Assembly (NCBI GenBank): GCA_050950505.1
Contig: JBMNHS010000002.1
Location: 90,007 to 154,006 of the forward strand
Length of the DNA stretch: 64,000 bases
Direction: 5' to 3'
Source: Candidatus Methanomethylophilaceae archaeon
GTDB lineage: Archaea > Thermoplasmatota > Thermoplasmata > Methanomassiliicoccales > Methanomethylophilaceae
Within the stretch, counting starts at the first letter, position 1, and every line of letters starts with the position of its first letter. Below are positions 10,214 through 20,496 of the stretch, piece after piece. The position numbers and the translations under genes are program-made. The notes under the pieces were generated by a model. The model searched no databases. It was not told the origin of the DNA and saw nothing but the letters and a program-made list of their open reading frames with translations.

Positions 10214-13103
10214 TTCCCTTATAAAACTCCTGTACAAGTTCTTCCACGGTTTCAAGAGGAATCGGGTCAAAAACCTCTTTTCCGTTCTCTCCGTCCAAAG
10301 ATACGAAATCCAATATGCATTTCACGTCTTTGCCGTAAAAGCCCGAAACCGCGTGGGCGTAAACACTCAATTGGAATTTGTAAGCGTCAAGATTCCGTTT
10401 GCTGCCGTCGGTTTTGTAATCGTGAACTTCCGCCCGGTCGGGATACAGGACCAGAAGGTCCATGATGCCCTTCAGCGTTACGCCGATGTTTTTCAAAGGG
10501 AGTATGCAGGGTATCTCGGAGTAAATGAGATCCGCATCCTTGACGGATTCCAACACTTCCCTGATTATCGGTACCTCGGGAAGTTTTCCCTCCGGTTCGG
10601 AGGGTTCGATTCCTCTCGACATGCTTTCGGCGATATGGTGTATCCTGGTTCCGTATTCCGCGCCCTTTCCCGACATTTCGTCCGAACCCTCGGCGGGGCT
10701 GCCTTCTTCGAAAGGCATGACTTCACTTACGCTCAGCACTTTTTTGCGGGTTTCGAATTCCGCCAAAACGGGAGGTTCGGCGAGAACGGCGTCGGTGGCT
10801 TTGACGGAAGGTTCAAGATACCCCAAGGTTCCGTGGTATTCTTCGTTCGAAAGACCCTTTATGAATCTGGAAGGCTGGTTTCCGCAAATCATGGTGACAT
10901 ATTGTTTCGCACGGGATATCGCAACGAACAGAGTTCTTCTGTCTTCTCCGAATTCCCGCTCCACAACTTTCCTGACAAGTTCGGATTTCCAGGATTTTCC
11001 TATCCTTTCAAATCCGTCGACATCGATGATTTCCCTGGAGCATCTGATTCCCTCGGTTTCGTTGAAGGATATGAGGGAAGTATCGCCCCGGTGGTTGGGG
11101 ATGACCCCCCGGTTCAGCTGAGGGATGATCACTATCGGATACTCCAGACCTTTGGATTTGTGCATTGTCTGCACCGTCACCGCATCCGCGTCCAAATCCG
11201 CGTCTATGACGTAGGCGTTGTCCTTTTCGATGTCCGTTTCTATTATTCTTATCAGATCGGATATGGTGAGCAACGAAGAACGGTGGGCCGACGACAAAGT
11301 GGAAATTATTGCCTGGGTTATATCGTTGTTAAGTCCGTAATATGAAAATATCGAAGATACCAGATCGGTGATTCTTCTTTTCTTCCGGCTCAGATAATTT
11401 GCGGTCTCGACGAGTTCTTCGGGAATTTCCTTGGATCTTATTATGTGTTTTATTTCCCTCATTCCGTAATCCATGTCCGAGAGAATGCCGGTCAATCCCC
11501 AGGGATTTTCCCGGTTGTTCAGGTATTTGAGCCAGGCCAGCAACAGTTTTCCTTCCCGGGTGGACATTATTTTCACATCCCCCTGAAGGAAGGCGGGAAC
11601 CCCCCTTGCCGTGGCTTCTTCGTAGACCTTTCTGCACATATCCCCGTTTTTGCAGATGACCGCGATGTCCCGGTACCTCGGGGTTCTGAGTTCATTTCCG
11701 TCCAGCACAAGATAATTTCCCGAAACGTAATCCACGATTCTGGAGACGGTTTCCGCTGCCTGGTCTTCGGAAGGCACCTGCACGTACGTCACATGGGTGT
11801 TGTCTCCGATCGACTTGTTTCCGTCTTCGAGATACACCACGGTTTCGGGTCTGAGATTTACGACTTCGTCCTTGTTTCCCGGAATGCTCAAAACCTTGAA
11901 GGAAGTGTCTATTACTTCCCGGGAACTGCGGTAGTTCACGCTTAACGATATTCTCTTGGGTTCGGGAATCCTGAAGGGGATTCTTTCGGTGTCGTCGTTC
12001 AGGTATCGGTGCATTTCAACGGCTTTTTTCTCGAAATCGATGATGTTGTCCACCGAGGCGAATCTGAATCCGTAAATTCCCTGTTTCCAATCTCCGACGA
12101 CGCAGAGGTTGGGTTCTTTCAGCAACATGAGGGAAATCATCATCTGATTTTCGTTCGTGTCCTGGAATTCGTCAATCATGACGTATTTGCAGGACATTCT
12201 TTCCCTGACGCTTCTGTTGTCGTAAAGAACCAGAAACGCAAACACCGAAGTCAGTCCGAAGGTCAGACGGTCATCCGAAACGGAACGGCGGATGAATTCG
12301 TAATAAACATCGTGGACGAAGTTCAGAAGTTCGGTTCTGTCGTCGAAGGCGGCGGCATCAAGAAGTTCGGGAGGCAGTTCGGTTTCTCCGGAGGAATCCG
12401 GCAATTCATCCGCATACAAATCTCCGTTTTTGATATTCTCGCCTATGCTTCCGATTTTTTCTTTCCGTTTGCTTTTGTTTCCGTTCATCTCCCCGAGCAA
12501 CGAACGGACCCCGTCAACGTCCCCCAAAAGATCTTTGCCGTCGTTTCCTCCGAACCAGCCCCTGCGGAGAGGCACGATGCCTTTCGACATGAGTTTGCCG
12601 ATAAGTGCGTACATATCATGAGGAACGGTGCTGGCTATGACGGCAACGTCTCCGTAATCTTCTCCCCGTTCCTCGTTGAACTCATCGAAGAAATCGCTGA
12701 AGTACTCACGGTTGAGGGTTTCGTTTTCGATAAGAACGGCCCCTCTTGTGAGACGTTCTTCCATTCCGAGAAAAGAACTGACTTCCTCCGGGGATTCTTT
12801 GACTATGGAATAACAGAACGAATCAAAGGTTCCGGCCTGAATCAGCCCGGTGTCTTTGTCCAAATCTTTTCCCGAAAGAATTTCTCTTATCCGTTCTTCC
12901 ATTTCCGCGGCGGCGTTCCGGGTGAAGGTCAGCAGAAGTATGTCCTTTGCCTCAACCTCGGGTTTGCTGAGAATGTTCACGTACCGGTTGACGATTGTGA
13001 AGGTTTTTCCGGTGCCGGGGCCCGCGTCCACAACGTAGAATCCGTCAAGATTTTCTGAAATCGCTTTCTGACCCGGATTCGGTTCACGGCTCATTTCAGT
13101 CAT
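10203..13103 (-). CDS. UvrD-family helicase with C-terminal PD-(D/E)XK nuclease (AddA-like)
   Basis: AGPGTGKT, LTFTRNAA, IDEFQD, VGDWKQGIYGFR, NYRS, TMHKSKGLEY, VAISRAK; GIMDLL..DYKT..QLSVY; GAGGAGG upstream of ATG 13103. Confidence 0.9.
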   Translation of the reverse strand: MTEMSREPNPGQKAISENLDGFYVVDAGPGTGKTFTIVNRYVNILSKPEVEAKDILLLTFTRNAAAEMEERIREILSGKDLDKDTGLIQAGTFDSFCYSIVKESPEEVSSFLGMEERLTRGAVLIENETLNREYFSDFFDEFNEERGEDYGDVAVIASTVPHDMYALIGKLMSKGIVPLRRGWFGGNDGKDLLGDVDGVRSLLGEMNGNKSKRKEKIGSIGENIKNGDLYADELPDSSGETELPPELLDAAAFDDRTELLNFVHDVYYEFIRRSVSDDRLTFGLTSVFAFLVLYDNRSVRERMSCKYVMIDEFQDTNENQMMISLMLLKEPNLCVVGDWKQGIYGFRFASVDNIIDFEKKAVEMHRYLNDDTERIPFRIPEPKRISLSVNYRSSREVIDTSFKVLSIPGNKDEVVNLRPETVVYLEDGNKSIGDNTHVTYVQVPSEDQAAETVSRIVDYVSGNYLVLDGNELRTPRYRDIAVICKNGDMCRKVYEEATARGVPAFLQGDVKIMSTREGKLLLAWLKYLNNRENPWGLTGILSDMDYGMREIKHIIRSKEIPEELVETANYLSRKKRRITDLVSSIFSYYGLNNDITQAIISTLSSAHRSSLLTISDLIRIIETDIEKDNAYVIDADLDADAVTVQTMHKSKGLEYPIVIIPQLNRGVIPNHRGDTSLISFNETEGIRCSREIIDVDGFERIGKSWKSELVRKVVEREFGEDRRTLFVAISRAKQYVTMICGNQPSRFIKGLSNEEYHGTLGYLEPSVKATDAVLAEPPVLAEFETRKKVLSVSEVMPFEEGSPAEGSDEMSGKGAEYGTRIHHIAESMSRGIEPSEPEGKLPEVPIIREVLESVKDADLIYSEIPCILPLKNIGVTLKGIMDLLVLYPDRAEVHDYKTDGSKRNLDAYKFQLSVYAHAVSGFYGKDVKCILDFVSLDGENGKEVFDPIPLETVEELVQEFYKGNEF

Positions 13104-15780
13104 CCTCCTCATCCACGGAGACGGGTTCTTTGGTGCATACCGAAACATAACTGCACTTTTCGCAATTCTTCCTGGGCGTTGCCGGGAACTGCGAATCAAT
13201 CATAAGATTGGCGGCTTTGTAGTCTTCGTTCAGTTTATCCAGGAAACCTTCCATGGATTCTTTGGGAACATATACGGCGCCTCTCCAAATCCAATAATTC
13301 AGTTCGTACGCCTTTCCGAGTTTCTTCAGTCCGTCTTCGACCATGCCCCGGTCTTTCTTGGTGTCTTTCAATCCGAAAGAACTCCATATCCGTTCGTTCA
13401 GGGACGGGTTCGAAGCCCACTCTTCGGGAGGAAGTCCCGAGGATACAACGGGATCCACGAATCGTTTCCAGTCGTTGTACAGAACTTCATATTTGGCCAC
13501 ATTTTCAAAATCGCCCTTCAGGGGAGATTCCGTCAACTGCAAAATCTCGGATTTGCCGATGTCCATCAGACGTATGTCCACGGCGCCCGTATCCACAGAA
13601 TCGGTGTTCATGATTTTTCCGTCGATTCCGAAGATGTGGAACAACGTAAACACCCCGCTGTCGGAGAAATTCAGGTCTTTCATCAAGGCGAGATATATAA
13701 GAGGCTGCAGTTCCACATAATCGGCCCGTTCGGGATCGAATCCTTTCACGACATCCTTCCCGGCGTGGAACCGACCGGTTTTGAAATCAATCGAACGGTT
13801 TCCGAGCAACAGGTCCATTTTTCCGAAAATCGGGTTTGCCGAAGACGACAGTTCCACTTCCGTAAGACTGCTGGTCATTTCGAATCCTTCTTCCAGAATC
13901 AGTTCGTTGGGATATTTGCGCGAGGCAATTTCCACATCAAGAGGAACGTCGTCGGGGACGTTTTCGTCGATGAACGTCATAAGATTCTTAAGTCCGATCC
14001 GAATGCGGTCCAAATCCACCCTTTCCATCATGGGACAGGACAATCCCGCATAATCCTTCCCGATTCTTTCCGCATAATATTCCAATCCTTTGTTTCTGAC
14101 CGTTTCGGGATAACAGATGTAAAGTTCCGCGAAATCGTGCAGCAGACTGCCGAAACCCGTATGCTCGTTGTCCGGGATGCTGATGAGATTTCCGTAGTAA
14201 TACGCACGGGGACAATTCACGAATTCGTTATAGGAAGACTTTGAGAATTTCCATTCCTCGGAAGCCACGGCATCCAGACTCATTCCCTCCTTAAGCGGGG
14301 AGATTTCCGGTTCTTCCAGATACCACGAACCTTTTTTGACTTCGGCGATGTCTTTGAAAGAAGTGACGGCTTTGTTTGTTCTTTCAAGTCCGTTTATTCC
14401 GTCAAACAGCAGAGTGGGCCTTGCCACCTTTCCGTCTTTCGTTGCGTTCACGGCATATATTCTCGAGGTTCCCTGCTGCAGCAAAACCCTGAATCTCATG
14501 GCGTCCTTTTCCGCTTCGGCTTTCCTGTCAATGTAAACCTTGCCGGAAACCCGTTCGCTCCATCCGTCGCTGATTCCCAGGAAGGCTACGAAAGAACGGT
14601 CCACGAAAGTGGATTCCCTGCAATCCGCCAGGAGCACGCCCTTCTTCTCATCGTCGGGTATCTGTTCGTTATGACGCAGGTCGGTCACGTTGTTAACGGC
14701 ATAGGTCATCTCCGTGACCAGTTTCGGAGCCACTTTCAAATCGGTGAATTTCAATTCATCCAGCAATATTTTGATCTGAGGTTTGTGACGGTTGTTCACC
14801 ACAAGGTCCGAAACCTCACCGAAAGTCATTTTGTGTATGTTTTTCATACATTCCGCAAGTTCCGCCGCTCTGTCCTTTATGTCCGGGAACCTGGACAGCA
14901 GAACGTTGTCGTATTTTGCCGGAATGTATCCTCCGTAAGCGGAGAACAGTTCTCTGACGTGTCTCACCCTCACGGTGCGGTACTGCATCCCGAATCCCAG
15001 AAATCTCAGGAAATCCCTGATCTGGGAAAGATCTCTGACGGTCATGGTGTTTTTGAAAGGAATCCCCCGTCGGTAAAGGGCGGCACGGACGGCATCGGCG
15101 ATCTCGCCGCCGGAGTCCATGACTATCGCGATGTCTTCCGCTCTTTCCGGATCTATCAGGTCGACGACGTTTTCGGCAAGCTGTCTGTCGTTGCCTATTT
15201 CGTAAATGACGTCAATGTCGTATCCGCCGTTCCAATCGATCAGGTCAATCTCTTCGTGTCTTATGGGAACGAAGTGCTTGTCAAGGTCGTCGAAGAAATC
15301 CAATCCTATGACGGCCGTTTTTCTGTTTGAAAAAATATTTTCCGAAATGACCAACCCCGCTCTTCCTTCTTCATGGTATTTTTCGGGAACGAATTCGCCC
15401 ATTGCCTTTTCCAACGTCGGCAGGGCGGCGAAAGAGTCGTAGACGTTCCGGGACCGTTTCGTATACAGGTATTTGCGGACCTCGGCGGTGTATCTCCGTA
15501 TCTCCCTTATATTCTCAATTTCGCCGTGGACATACTTGAAATTGTAGCCGGTTTCTTCGGCAACGGTGGCGACCACTTCGAGTTCGCTCATGAGAGAAGT
15601 GCCCAAAATCTGTGAGGAAAGTTGAACGGCAAGTTGTCTCGGGGTGTAGGCAAATCCCCCCACGTGGGGTCTTTCAATCCGCCCGTTAAGAGCGGTCGCG
15701 AGAGGGGCGTCGTTGGTGATGACGAGATCGAAATCTTTGATCTCGTCGTAAATCTCATCAATGCTCTTTATTCTGTACAC
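13096..15780 (-). CDS. AddB-like protein: degenerate helicase region plus PD-(D/E)XK nuclease with 4-Cys Fe-S staple
   Basis: FSKSSYNEFVNCP, GSLLH, GKMDL, IDFKTG, QPLIY, CEKCSYVSVC; overlaps the AddA-like gene. Confidence 0.82.
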   Translation of the reverse strand: MYRIKSIDEIYDEIKDFDLVITNDAPLATALNGRIERPHVGGFAYTPRQLAVQLSSQILGTSLMSELEVVATVAEETGYNFKYVHGEIENIREIRRYTAEVRKYLYTKRSRNVYDSFAALPTLEKAMGEFVPEKYHEEGRAGLVISENIFSNRKTAVIGLDFFDDLDKHFVPIRHEEIDLIDWNGGYDIDVIYEIGNDRQLAENVVDLIDPERAEDIAIVMDSGGEIADAVRAALYRRGIPFKNTMTVRDLSQIRDFLRFLGFGMQYRTVRVRHVRELFSAYGGYIPAKYDNVLLSRFPDIKDRAAELAECMKNIHKMTFGEVSDLVVNNRHKPQIKILLDELKFTDLKVAPKLVTEMTYAVNNVTDLRHNEQIPDDEKKGVLLADCRESTFVDRSFVAFLGISDGWSERVSGKVYIDRKAEAEKDAMRFRVLLQQGTSRIYAVNATKDGKVARPTLLFDGINGLERTNKAVTSFKDIAEVKKGSWYLEEPEISPLKEGMSLDAVASEEWKFSKSSYNEFVNCPRAYYYGNLISIPDNEHTGFGSLLHDFAELYICYPETVRNKGLEYYAERIGKDYAGLSCPMMERVDLDRIRIGLKNLMTFIDENVPDDVPLDVEIASRKYPNELILEEGFEMTSSLTEVELSSSANPIFGKMDLLLGNRSIDFKTGRFHAGKDVVKGFDPERADYVELQPLIYLALMKDLNFSDSGVFTLFHIFGIDGKIMNTDSVDTGAVDIRLMDIGKSEILQLTESPLKGDFENVAKYEVLYNDWKRFVDPVVSSGLPPEEWASNPSLNERIWSSFGLKDTKKDRGMVEDGLKKLGKAYELNYWIWRGAVYVPKESMEGFLDKLNEDYKAANLMIDSQFPATPRKNCEKCSYVSVCTKEPVSVDEEDD

Positions 15781-15874
15781 GTTTCAGTATCCTTCGGATT
15801 ATAGTAATGTTTTGTGTTTTACCTTTAAACACTCAATCGGCGGGTTTAATTACAATCGTCAATGTAGGACATCC

Positions 15875-16429
15875 GTGTCATCTATTTTTGTCGTGGAAGT
15901 CAACAGTGACGGAGACGAAGGGTATCCCGAAAACGTCGTTGTCGAAGTGGGGATATGCCGTATAAACACGGAAACTCTGGATTACGATTCGGTTTACGGA
16001 GAGCTGATTGAAAAGGACCCCCTGAACCTGGGAAAGGCTTCTTTGGACAATCTCACCGACAGAGCCGGAATCGACGTCAGGGAACTGTATCTCGGTCTCC
16101 CGGAAGAAAACGTGGTTTTCGACGTAAGGAAAATTCTGAAGGGGCAGGATGTAGCATGCTTCGACGTCCGTGAAACCTTCATGAAATATCTTTTGAACGA
16201 TCCTTGGGATCTGACCAAGGAAGCCATGATCATGCCCGCCGTTTCGATCAGAGTGCCAAAAAGCCTCGGTTTGAAAAAGGACGGTTCCCTTCAGGACAGA
16301 ATCGCCGCCGCGTACAACGCTCTGTGCCCCGGGGATCCCGCAGGAGTCAAAGACGGACGGAGAGCGTTGCATCTGGCTCAGATGACTTCGGAAATTCTCA
16401 TAAGACTGCGCAAAGAAGGCATGTATTAA
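15875..16429 (+). CDS. Catalytically degenerate DEDDh exonuclease paralog (GTG start inferred)
   Basis: Colinear with 6996-7607 (V.IC, VY, IL.G..V, K.L...PW, AY......DPAG, RAL, G.Y), but catalytic residues are replaced. Confidence 0.75.
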   Translation: MSSIFVVEVNSDGDEGYPENVVVEVGICRINTETLDYDSVYGELIEKDPLNLGKASLDNLTDRAGIDVRELYLGLPEENVVFDVRKILKGQDVACFDVRETFMKYLLNDPWDLTKEAMIMPAVSIRVPKSLGLKKDGSLQDRIAAAYNALCPGDPAGVKDGRRALHLAQMTSEILIRLRKEGMY

Positions 16430-16863
16430 AGTCTGAAAAGTCCGAACACCGTTCCGAACTTCGTTTCGGCCAGCTGCGCAAGGTATGACGAGATGTAAAT
16501 TATCGACAGAATTATCATTGCGAACACCAGCAGCACCCGCGTAATCGAACCCACGCCGTCCCACCAGGACACACAACCCAACAACGACAGGAACAGAACC
16601 AGGCCCACCGCGAGAAAATGCCAACCTCTTCGGTTCTCATGGTTAAGGTAAATCAGCCCCAACCCCTGGAATCCGAATATTCCCGGCAGCACCGCCAGAA
16701 CAAAAGCCAAGGTTTTGTTTTTTTCTTTTTCCCCGCGCACCAGAGTTCTGCGGGGCGGTTCGCGGGAAACGGTGTTTCTCGGAACGGAACCGTAACATTT
16801 GGGGCAAACCGTGCCGGTGGACGGCATATGTTCTCCGCAGTGAGGGCATCTTTTGTCGGTCAT
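16426..16863 (-). CDS. Zinc-ribbon plus TM2-like membrane protein
   Basis: CPHCG...CPKC; KNKTLAFVLAVLPGIFGFQGLGLIYL; about 3 TM segments. Confidence 0.75.
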   Translation of the reverse strand: MTDKRCPHCGEHMPSTGTVCPKCYGSVPRNTVSREPPRRTLVRGEKEKNKTLAFVLAVLPGIFGFQGLGLIYLNHENRRGWHFLAVGLVLFLSLLGCVSWWDGVGSITRVLLVFAMIILSIIYISSYLAQLAETKFGTVFGLFRL

Positions 16864-16965
16864 GTTTTCCTTCCGTACGCTTCTTTCCAATTCTTTGACG
16901 GTATATAAGTGAAACGGACCGTGAAAAACCCAAGGATTATAGCGGTAACCACGTTTACGTAGAAT

Positions 16966-18300
16966 ATGGCCGAAACACTGACTGTGACTCAGCTCAACAA
17001 CCGGGTGAAGTCGATTCTGGCGGAATCAAGCCACGTCAAAGATATCTGGGTGATGGGAGAGATCTCCAACCTTACCCGGGCGGCCAGCGGACATTATTAC
17101 TTTACTTTAAAAGATGAGATCTGCGAATTGAAATGCATCATGTTCAGAACCCACAGATCCAGAATCGATTTCGAACCCGAAGAGAACATGAAGGTAAAAG
17201 TTTTCGGAAGGGCGGACATTTACGTTCAGAGAGGCACCTACCAGTTCATAATCGAAACCATGGAACGTTCGGGCGTGGGCGAACTGTACATTCAATTCGA
17301 AAAGCTGAAAAGAGAATTGGAAGCCGAAGGTCTGTTTGACGATTCCAGGAAAAAGAAACTTCCCCCCTTCCCGAGAACCGTCGGGGTGGTCACGTCGGAA
17401 ACGGGGGCGGTCATTCACGATATCATAACCACTTCCGCAAAACTGTTCCCGGCGGACATACTGTTGGCTCCCGCCATGGTTCAGGGCATAGGTGCGGGGG
17501 AATCCATCGTAAGAGGAATAGAGCTTCTGAACAGAATCGGCGTGGACGTCATGATTGTGGGAAGGGGAGGAGGCTCCATAGAGGATCTTTGGGCTTTCAA
17601 CCTTGAAATGGTCGCAAGGGCGATTGCCGCCTCGGAAGTCCCCGTGATTTCGGCGGTGGGTCACGAATCCGACGTGACCATAGCGGACATGGTGGCCGAC
17701 GCAAGAGCCCCAACCCCCACCGGCGCGGCAGAAATGGCTCTTCCCGATCCGGTGTCGCTGATGAACATACTGAGGGGACACGAGCACAGAGCGTCCAAAG
17801 CGCTGACGCACAAGGTAGCGATGATGAAATCCAGACTGGAGACTCTCACAATCAAATCGGATCCCCGCAGAAAACTGGAAGACATCGGCATGCTTCAGAT
17901 AACCATGGACAATCTGATGTCCCGGGCGGATTCTGCCCTTAAATCCAAAGTTCAGTTCATGAGGTCCCGTTACAACGTGGCCGATTCGAAAATATCCCCC
18001 AGAGCGGCGAAAACCGAAATAAAATCCCTGGGGGAATCATTGAATTCCTATTCCGAAAGATTGAAACTCGCAATCAAACGCATAATCAAAGATTCGAATT
18101 CCAAAGCGGAGGCCCTGGGAAAGAGAGCCGACGCTTTGAATCCCCTCGGGGTTCTGACGAGAGGTTACAGCTATGTGACCGATTCTCAAGGAAACACCCT
18201 TACTTCGGCCAAAGCTTTGTCCGAAGGATCGGTGATCGACGTCAGATTCAGGGACGGCAGTGCCGAAGCGGAAGTGAAGAAGGTGAAGAACAATGGATGA
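16966..18300 (+). CDS. xseA: Exodeoxyribonuclease VII large subunit
   Basis: GEISN, SGHYYFTLKD, RGGGSIEDLWAFN, SAVGHESD, APTPTGAAE, LTRGY. Confidence 0.96.
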   Translation: MAETLTVTQLNNRVKSILAESSHVKDIWVMGEISNLTRAASGHYYFTLKDEICELKCIMFRTHRSRIDFEPEENMKVKVFGRADIYVQRGTYQFIIETMERSGVGELYIQFEKLKRELEAEGLFDDSRKKKLPPFPRTVGVVTSETGAVIHDIITTSAKLFPADILLAPAMVQGIGAGESIVRGIELLNRIGVDVMIVGRGGGSIEDLWAFNLEMVARAIAASEVPVISAVGHESDVTIADMVADARAPTPTGAAEMALPDPVSLMNILRGHEHRASKALTHKVAMMKSRLETLTIKSDPRRKLEDIGMLQITMDNLMSRADSALKSKVQFMRSRYNVADSKISPRAAKTEIKSLGESLNSYSERLKLAIKRIIKDSNSKAEALGKRADALNPLGVLTRGYSYVTDSQGNTLTSAKALSEGSVIDVRFRDGSAEAEVKKVKNNG

Positions 18301-18526
18301 TGAAGTAAAAAATATGAGTTTTGAAGAATCCATAACGGCGTTGGAAGAACTTGTCAACGAGTTGGAAAGCGGCAGTTTGGATTTGGACAAAAGTCTTGAA
18401 CTGTACGAACGCGCCACGGCGTTGAGGAACAGATGCAAAGAAATTCTTGAAGAAAGCGAACGCAGGGTTCAGAAAATCATGGAGACTTCCAAGGGAGTCG
18501 AAACCTCAGAGCTCACCTTTGAGTGA
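18293..18526 (+). CDS. xseB: Exodeoxyribonuclease VII small subunit
   Basis: SFEESITALEELVNELESGSLDLDKSLELYE; overlaps xseA. Confidence 0.95.
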   Translation: MDDEVKNMSFEESITALEELVNELESGSLDLDKSLELYERATALRNRCKEILEESERRVQKIMETSKGVETSELTFE

Positions 18527-19369
18527 CCACAGGTCGAAACAGTTGTCCTTGGACCATTTCAGGGTCCTTCCGTACAGTTCGGTTATTGAGAAATACCGTT
18601 CGCTGAACGCCAGCCTCAACGCGCCGGCGAGTTCTCCGCTTCCGAGATTCTTGGCGTTGAAAGAACCGAAGTTGCGCCTCAGTCCGATAAGCAGGACTTC
18701 CACCGCGTCATGGCCCCTGGCATAATCCAAAGGCTCATGATCCGCGGATGCTTCGCGGCGGAAAAGTTTACCCAATTCTCTGCGGTCTATGCATCTGCCG
18801 GCGGTGCAAAGGACGATTTCGTCCAGAAGTTTTTCCTCATCGATCATCAAACTTCTCGGATTGATCATTATCCTGAAATCCAAATCCCTGAAATTCAGAC
18901 TCAGTTTGTATTTTTCCGAAACGTACATCATCAGCCCTATGGGGTAACAGGCGGAAATCACGGCATCGAAAACCGGACCGTATTCGTCCGTGAACGCATC
19001 AAGGGCGTCCCGGTCCGCATATTCCGTCAGAACATCGTCCAATGCGGGACTGGCCAGCAACATGGTTTCCAAATCCCGTTGGTCCGTGCTGAACACCGGA
19101 GGGGTACGTTTCTTGCCTCTTATGCGATCAAGATCCGCATCCACTATGCCGACGATGTTGCCTATGTTGCGGTTGTTCCAGCATTCGTCAACCGCCCGTC
19201 TGACATTGCTTTTCGAATGACCGACGACGATTCTCACTTTCTCATGGCAGAACTTGCCGTACAGTCTGCTGTCGGTCACGCCTTCGACGGCCAATATGGC
19301 TTCGTCGCCGGTGGCCGCAAGCATCGAAATCTCATTCGCAATATCTTCCGGTTTCAGAGTTCTCTGCAT
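18506..19369 (-). CDS. DUF4435 TOPRIM-like nuclease (AriB-like)
   Basis: VEGVTDSRLY, KSNV, GIVDADLD, RDLETML, RGHD. Confidence 0.8.
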   Translation of the reverse strand: MQRTLKPEDIANEISMLAATGDEAILAVEGVTDSRLYGKFCHEKVRIVVGHSKSNVRRAVDECWNNRNIGNIVGIVDADLDRIRGKKRTPPVFSTDQRDLETMLLASPALDDVLTEYADRDALDAFTDEYGPVFDAVISACYPIGLMMYVSEKYKLSLNFRDLDFRIMINPRSLMIDEEKLLDEIVLCTAGRCIDRRELGKLFRREASADHEPLDYARGHDAVEVLLIGLRRNFGSFNAKNLGSGELAGALRLAFSERYFSITELYGRTLKWSKDNCFDLWSLKGEL

Positions 19370-20402
19370 TTAAGTCCCTCAGTTCCCTGGACATATCCCA
19401 CTTATCGTGGATGATCTGCGGGGAGTGTGTGGCCACGATGAACTGAAGATTTCTCAATTCGGCGATGTCCAGGAAGATATCCCCCAAACGCTGTTGCCAT
19501 TCTATGTGCAGGGAATTCTCCGGTTCATCAATCACGACAATAGAGCCTTCGACGGCCTGGAAAAGCAGTCTGTACAATATTACCAGTACGTTTTTTTCTC
19601 CCGAAGACAAAGAATTCAGGGGAAGATCCGCGCCGGAATCCAATTTGAATACCATGTTGTTCTTTTCGTTTATGTGAAGGGTCTTTCCTCTGAACATCCG
19701 GTTCATGATATCTTGGGAAACCACAATGGATTCCGAAAGACGGTAATTGCGGTCAATGTAATCCTCAAGACCGAAAGCCAACTTTTCGTATTCGTCCCTC
19801 TTTCTGGAAACATCGCTGTGGGTGGGGGGGAATCTCAGCGAAGACGGCAGATCCGGCTCAAGTCCCGCACCCTTCATGTAATCGAGTTTTGCCTTCAGAT
19901 CCATGAACAGAAACACCAGTTCCCCGTCGGACATGTCTTTGGCATAATCCCCTTTCGGTTCGACCAGTGCGTTGTTTTCGACGGCATTCCTGATGTTCTC
20001 CCTGAGCTCATCGGCGTAAGCGTCGATTGCGGGGGTCAGATGACCGTCCGGTCCGATGACGACCTGCCGTTCCGGGGAAATGTACATTATTTTGAAAAGT
20101 TCGTTCAGTTCTTCTTTGTCAACGGGATGCTCGATTTCGTTCTTGCTCACCATTATGTCGATGCCGTCCCGCTTGTCCACAATCAATACCACGCCGTCGC
20201 TGAACCCTATGTCGATTCTGTCGAAAGGCAATGCTTCCAGACATTCAACGTCACCCTCCATTGAAGAAATCAGGGCCTTCAGCAGAGTGGTTTTTCCGAA
20301 TCCGTTGGCGGAATAAATGAAAGTGAGCGGGCTCGAACCGATATCCAAATTGCAGTCCGAATGGTACAGCAGACCGTAGACGGTTATGTTCTTGACTTTC
20401 AT
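19332..20402 (-). CDS. ABC-type AAA_15/AAA_21 ATPase (AriA-like)
   Basis: SANGFGKT, LSSGEK, IDEPENSLH, ATHSP; overlaps the DUF4435 gene. Confidence 0.85.
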   Translation of the reverse strand: MKVKNITVYGLLYHSDCNLDIGSSPLTFIYSANGFGKTTLLKALISSMEGDVECLEALPFDRIDIGFSDGVVLIVDKRDGIDIMVSKNEIEHPVDKEELNELFKIMYISPERQVVIGPDGHLTPAIDAYADELRENIRNAVENNALVEPKGDYAKDMSDGELVFLFMDLKAKLDYMKGAGLEPDLPSSLRFPPTHSDVSRKRDEYEKLAFGLEDYIDRNYRLSESIVVSQDIMNRMFRGKTLHINEKNNMVFKLDSGADLPLNSLSSGEKNVLVILYRLLFQAVEGSIVVIDEPENSLHIEWQQRLGDIFLDIAELRNLQFIVATHSPQIIHDKWDMSRELRDLNAENSETGRYCE

Positions 20403-20496
20403 TTCAGGTCAGATATCGGAGTCGGGCTATTATAACCTCCGTACCGTTTTTCCCGAGGGCTATCTTTATTTCAATGAAACAATTCCCGTCATCACG

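Noticed and set aside
7358-13058. Long plus-strand ORFs (542, 403, 349 aa)
   Set aside because: Antisense shadows of the P-type ATPase and AddA-like genes
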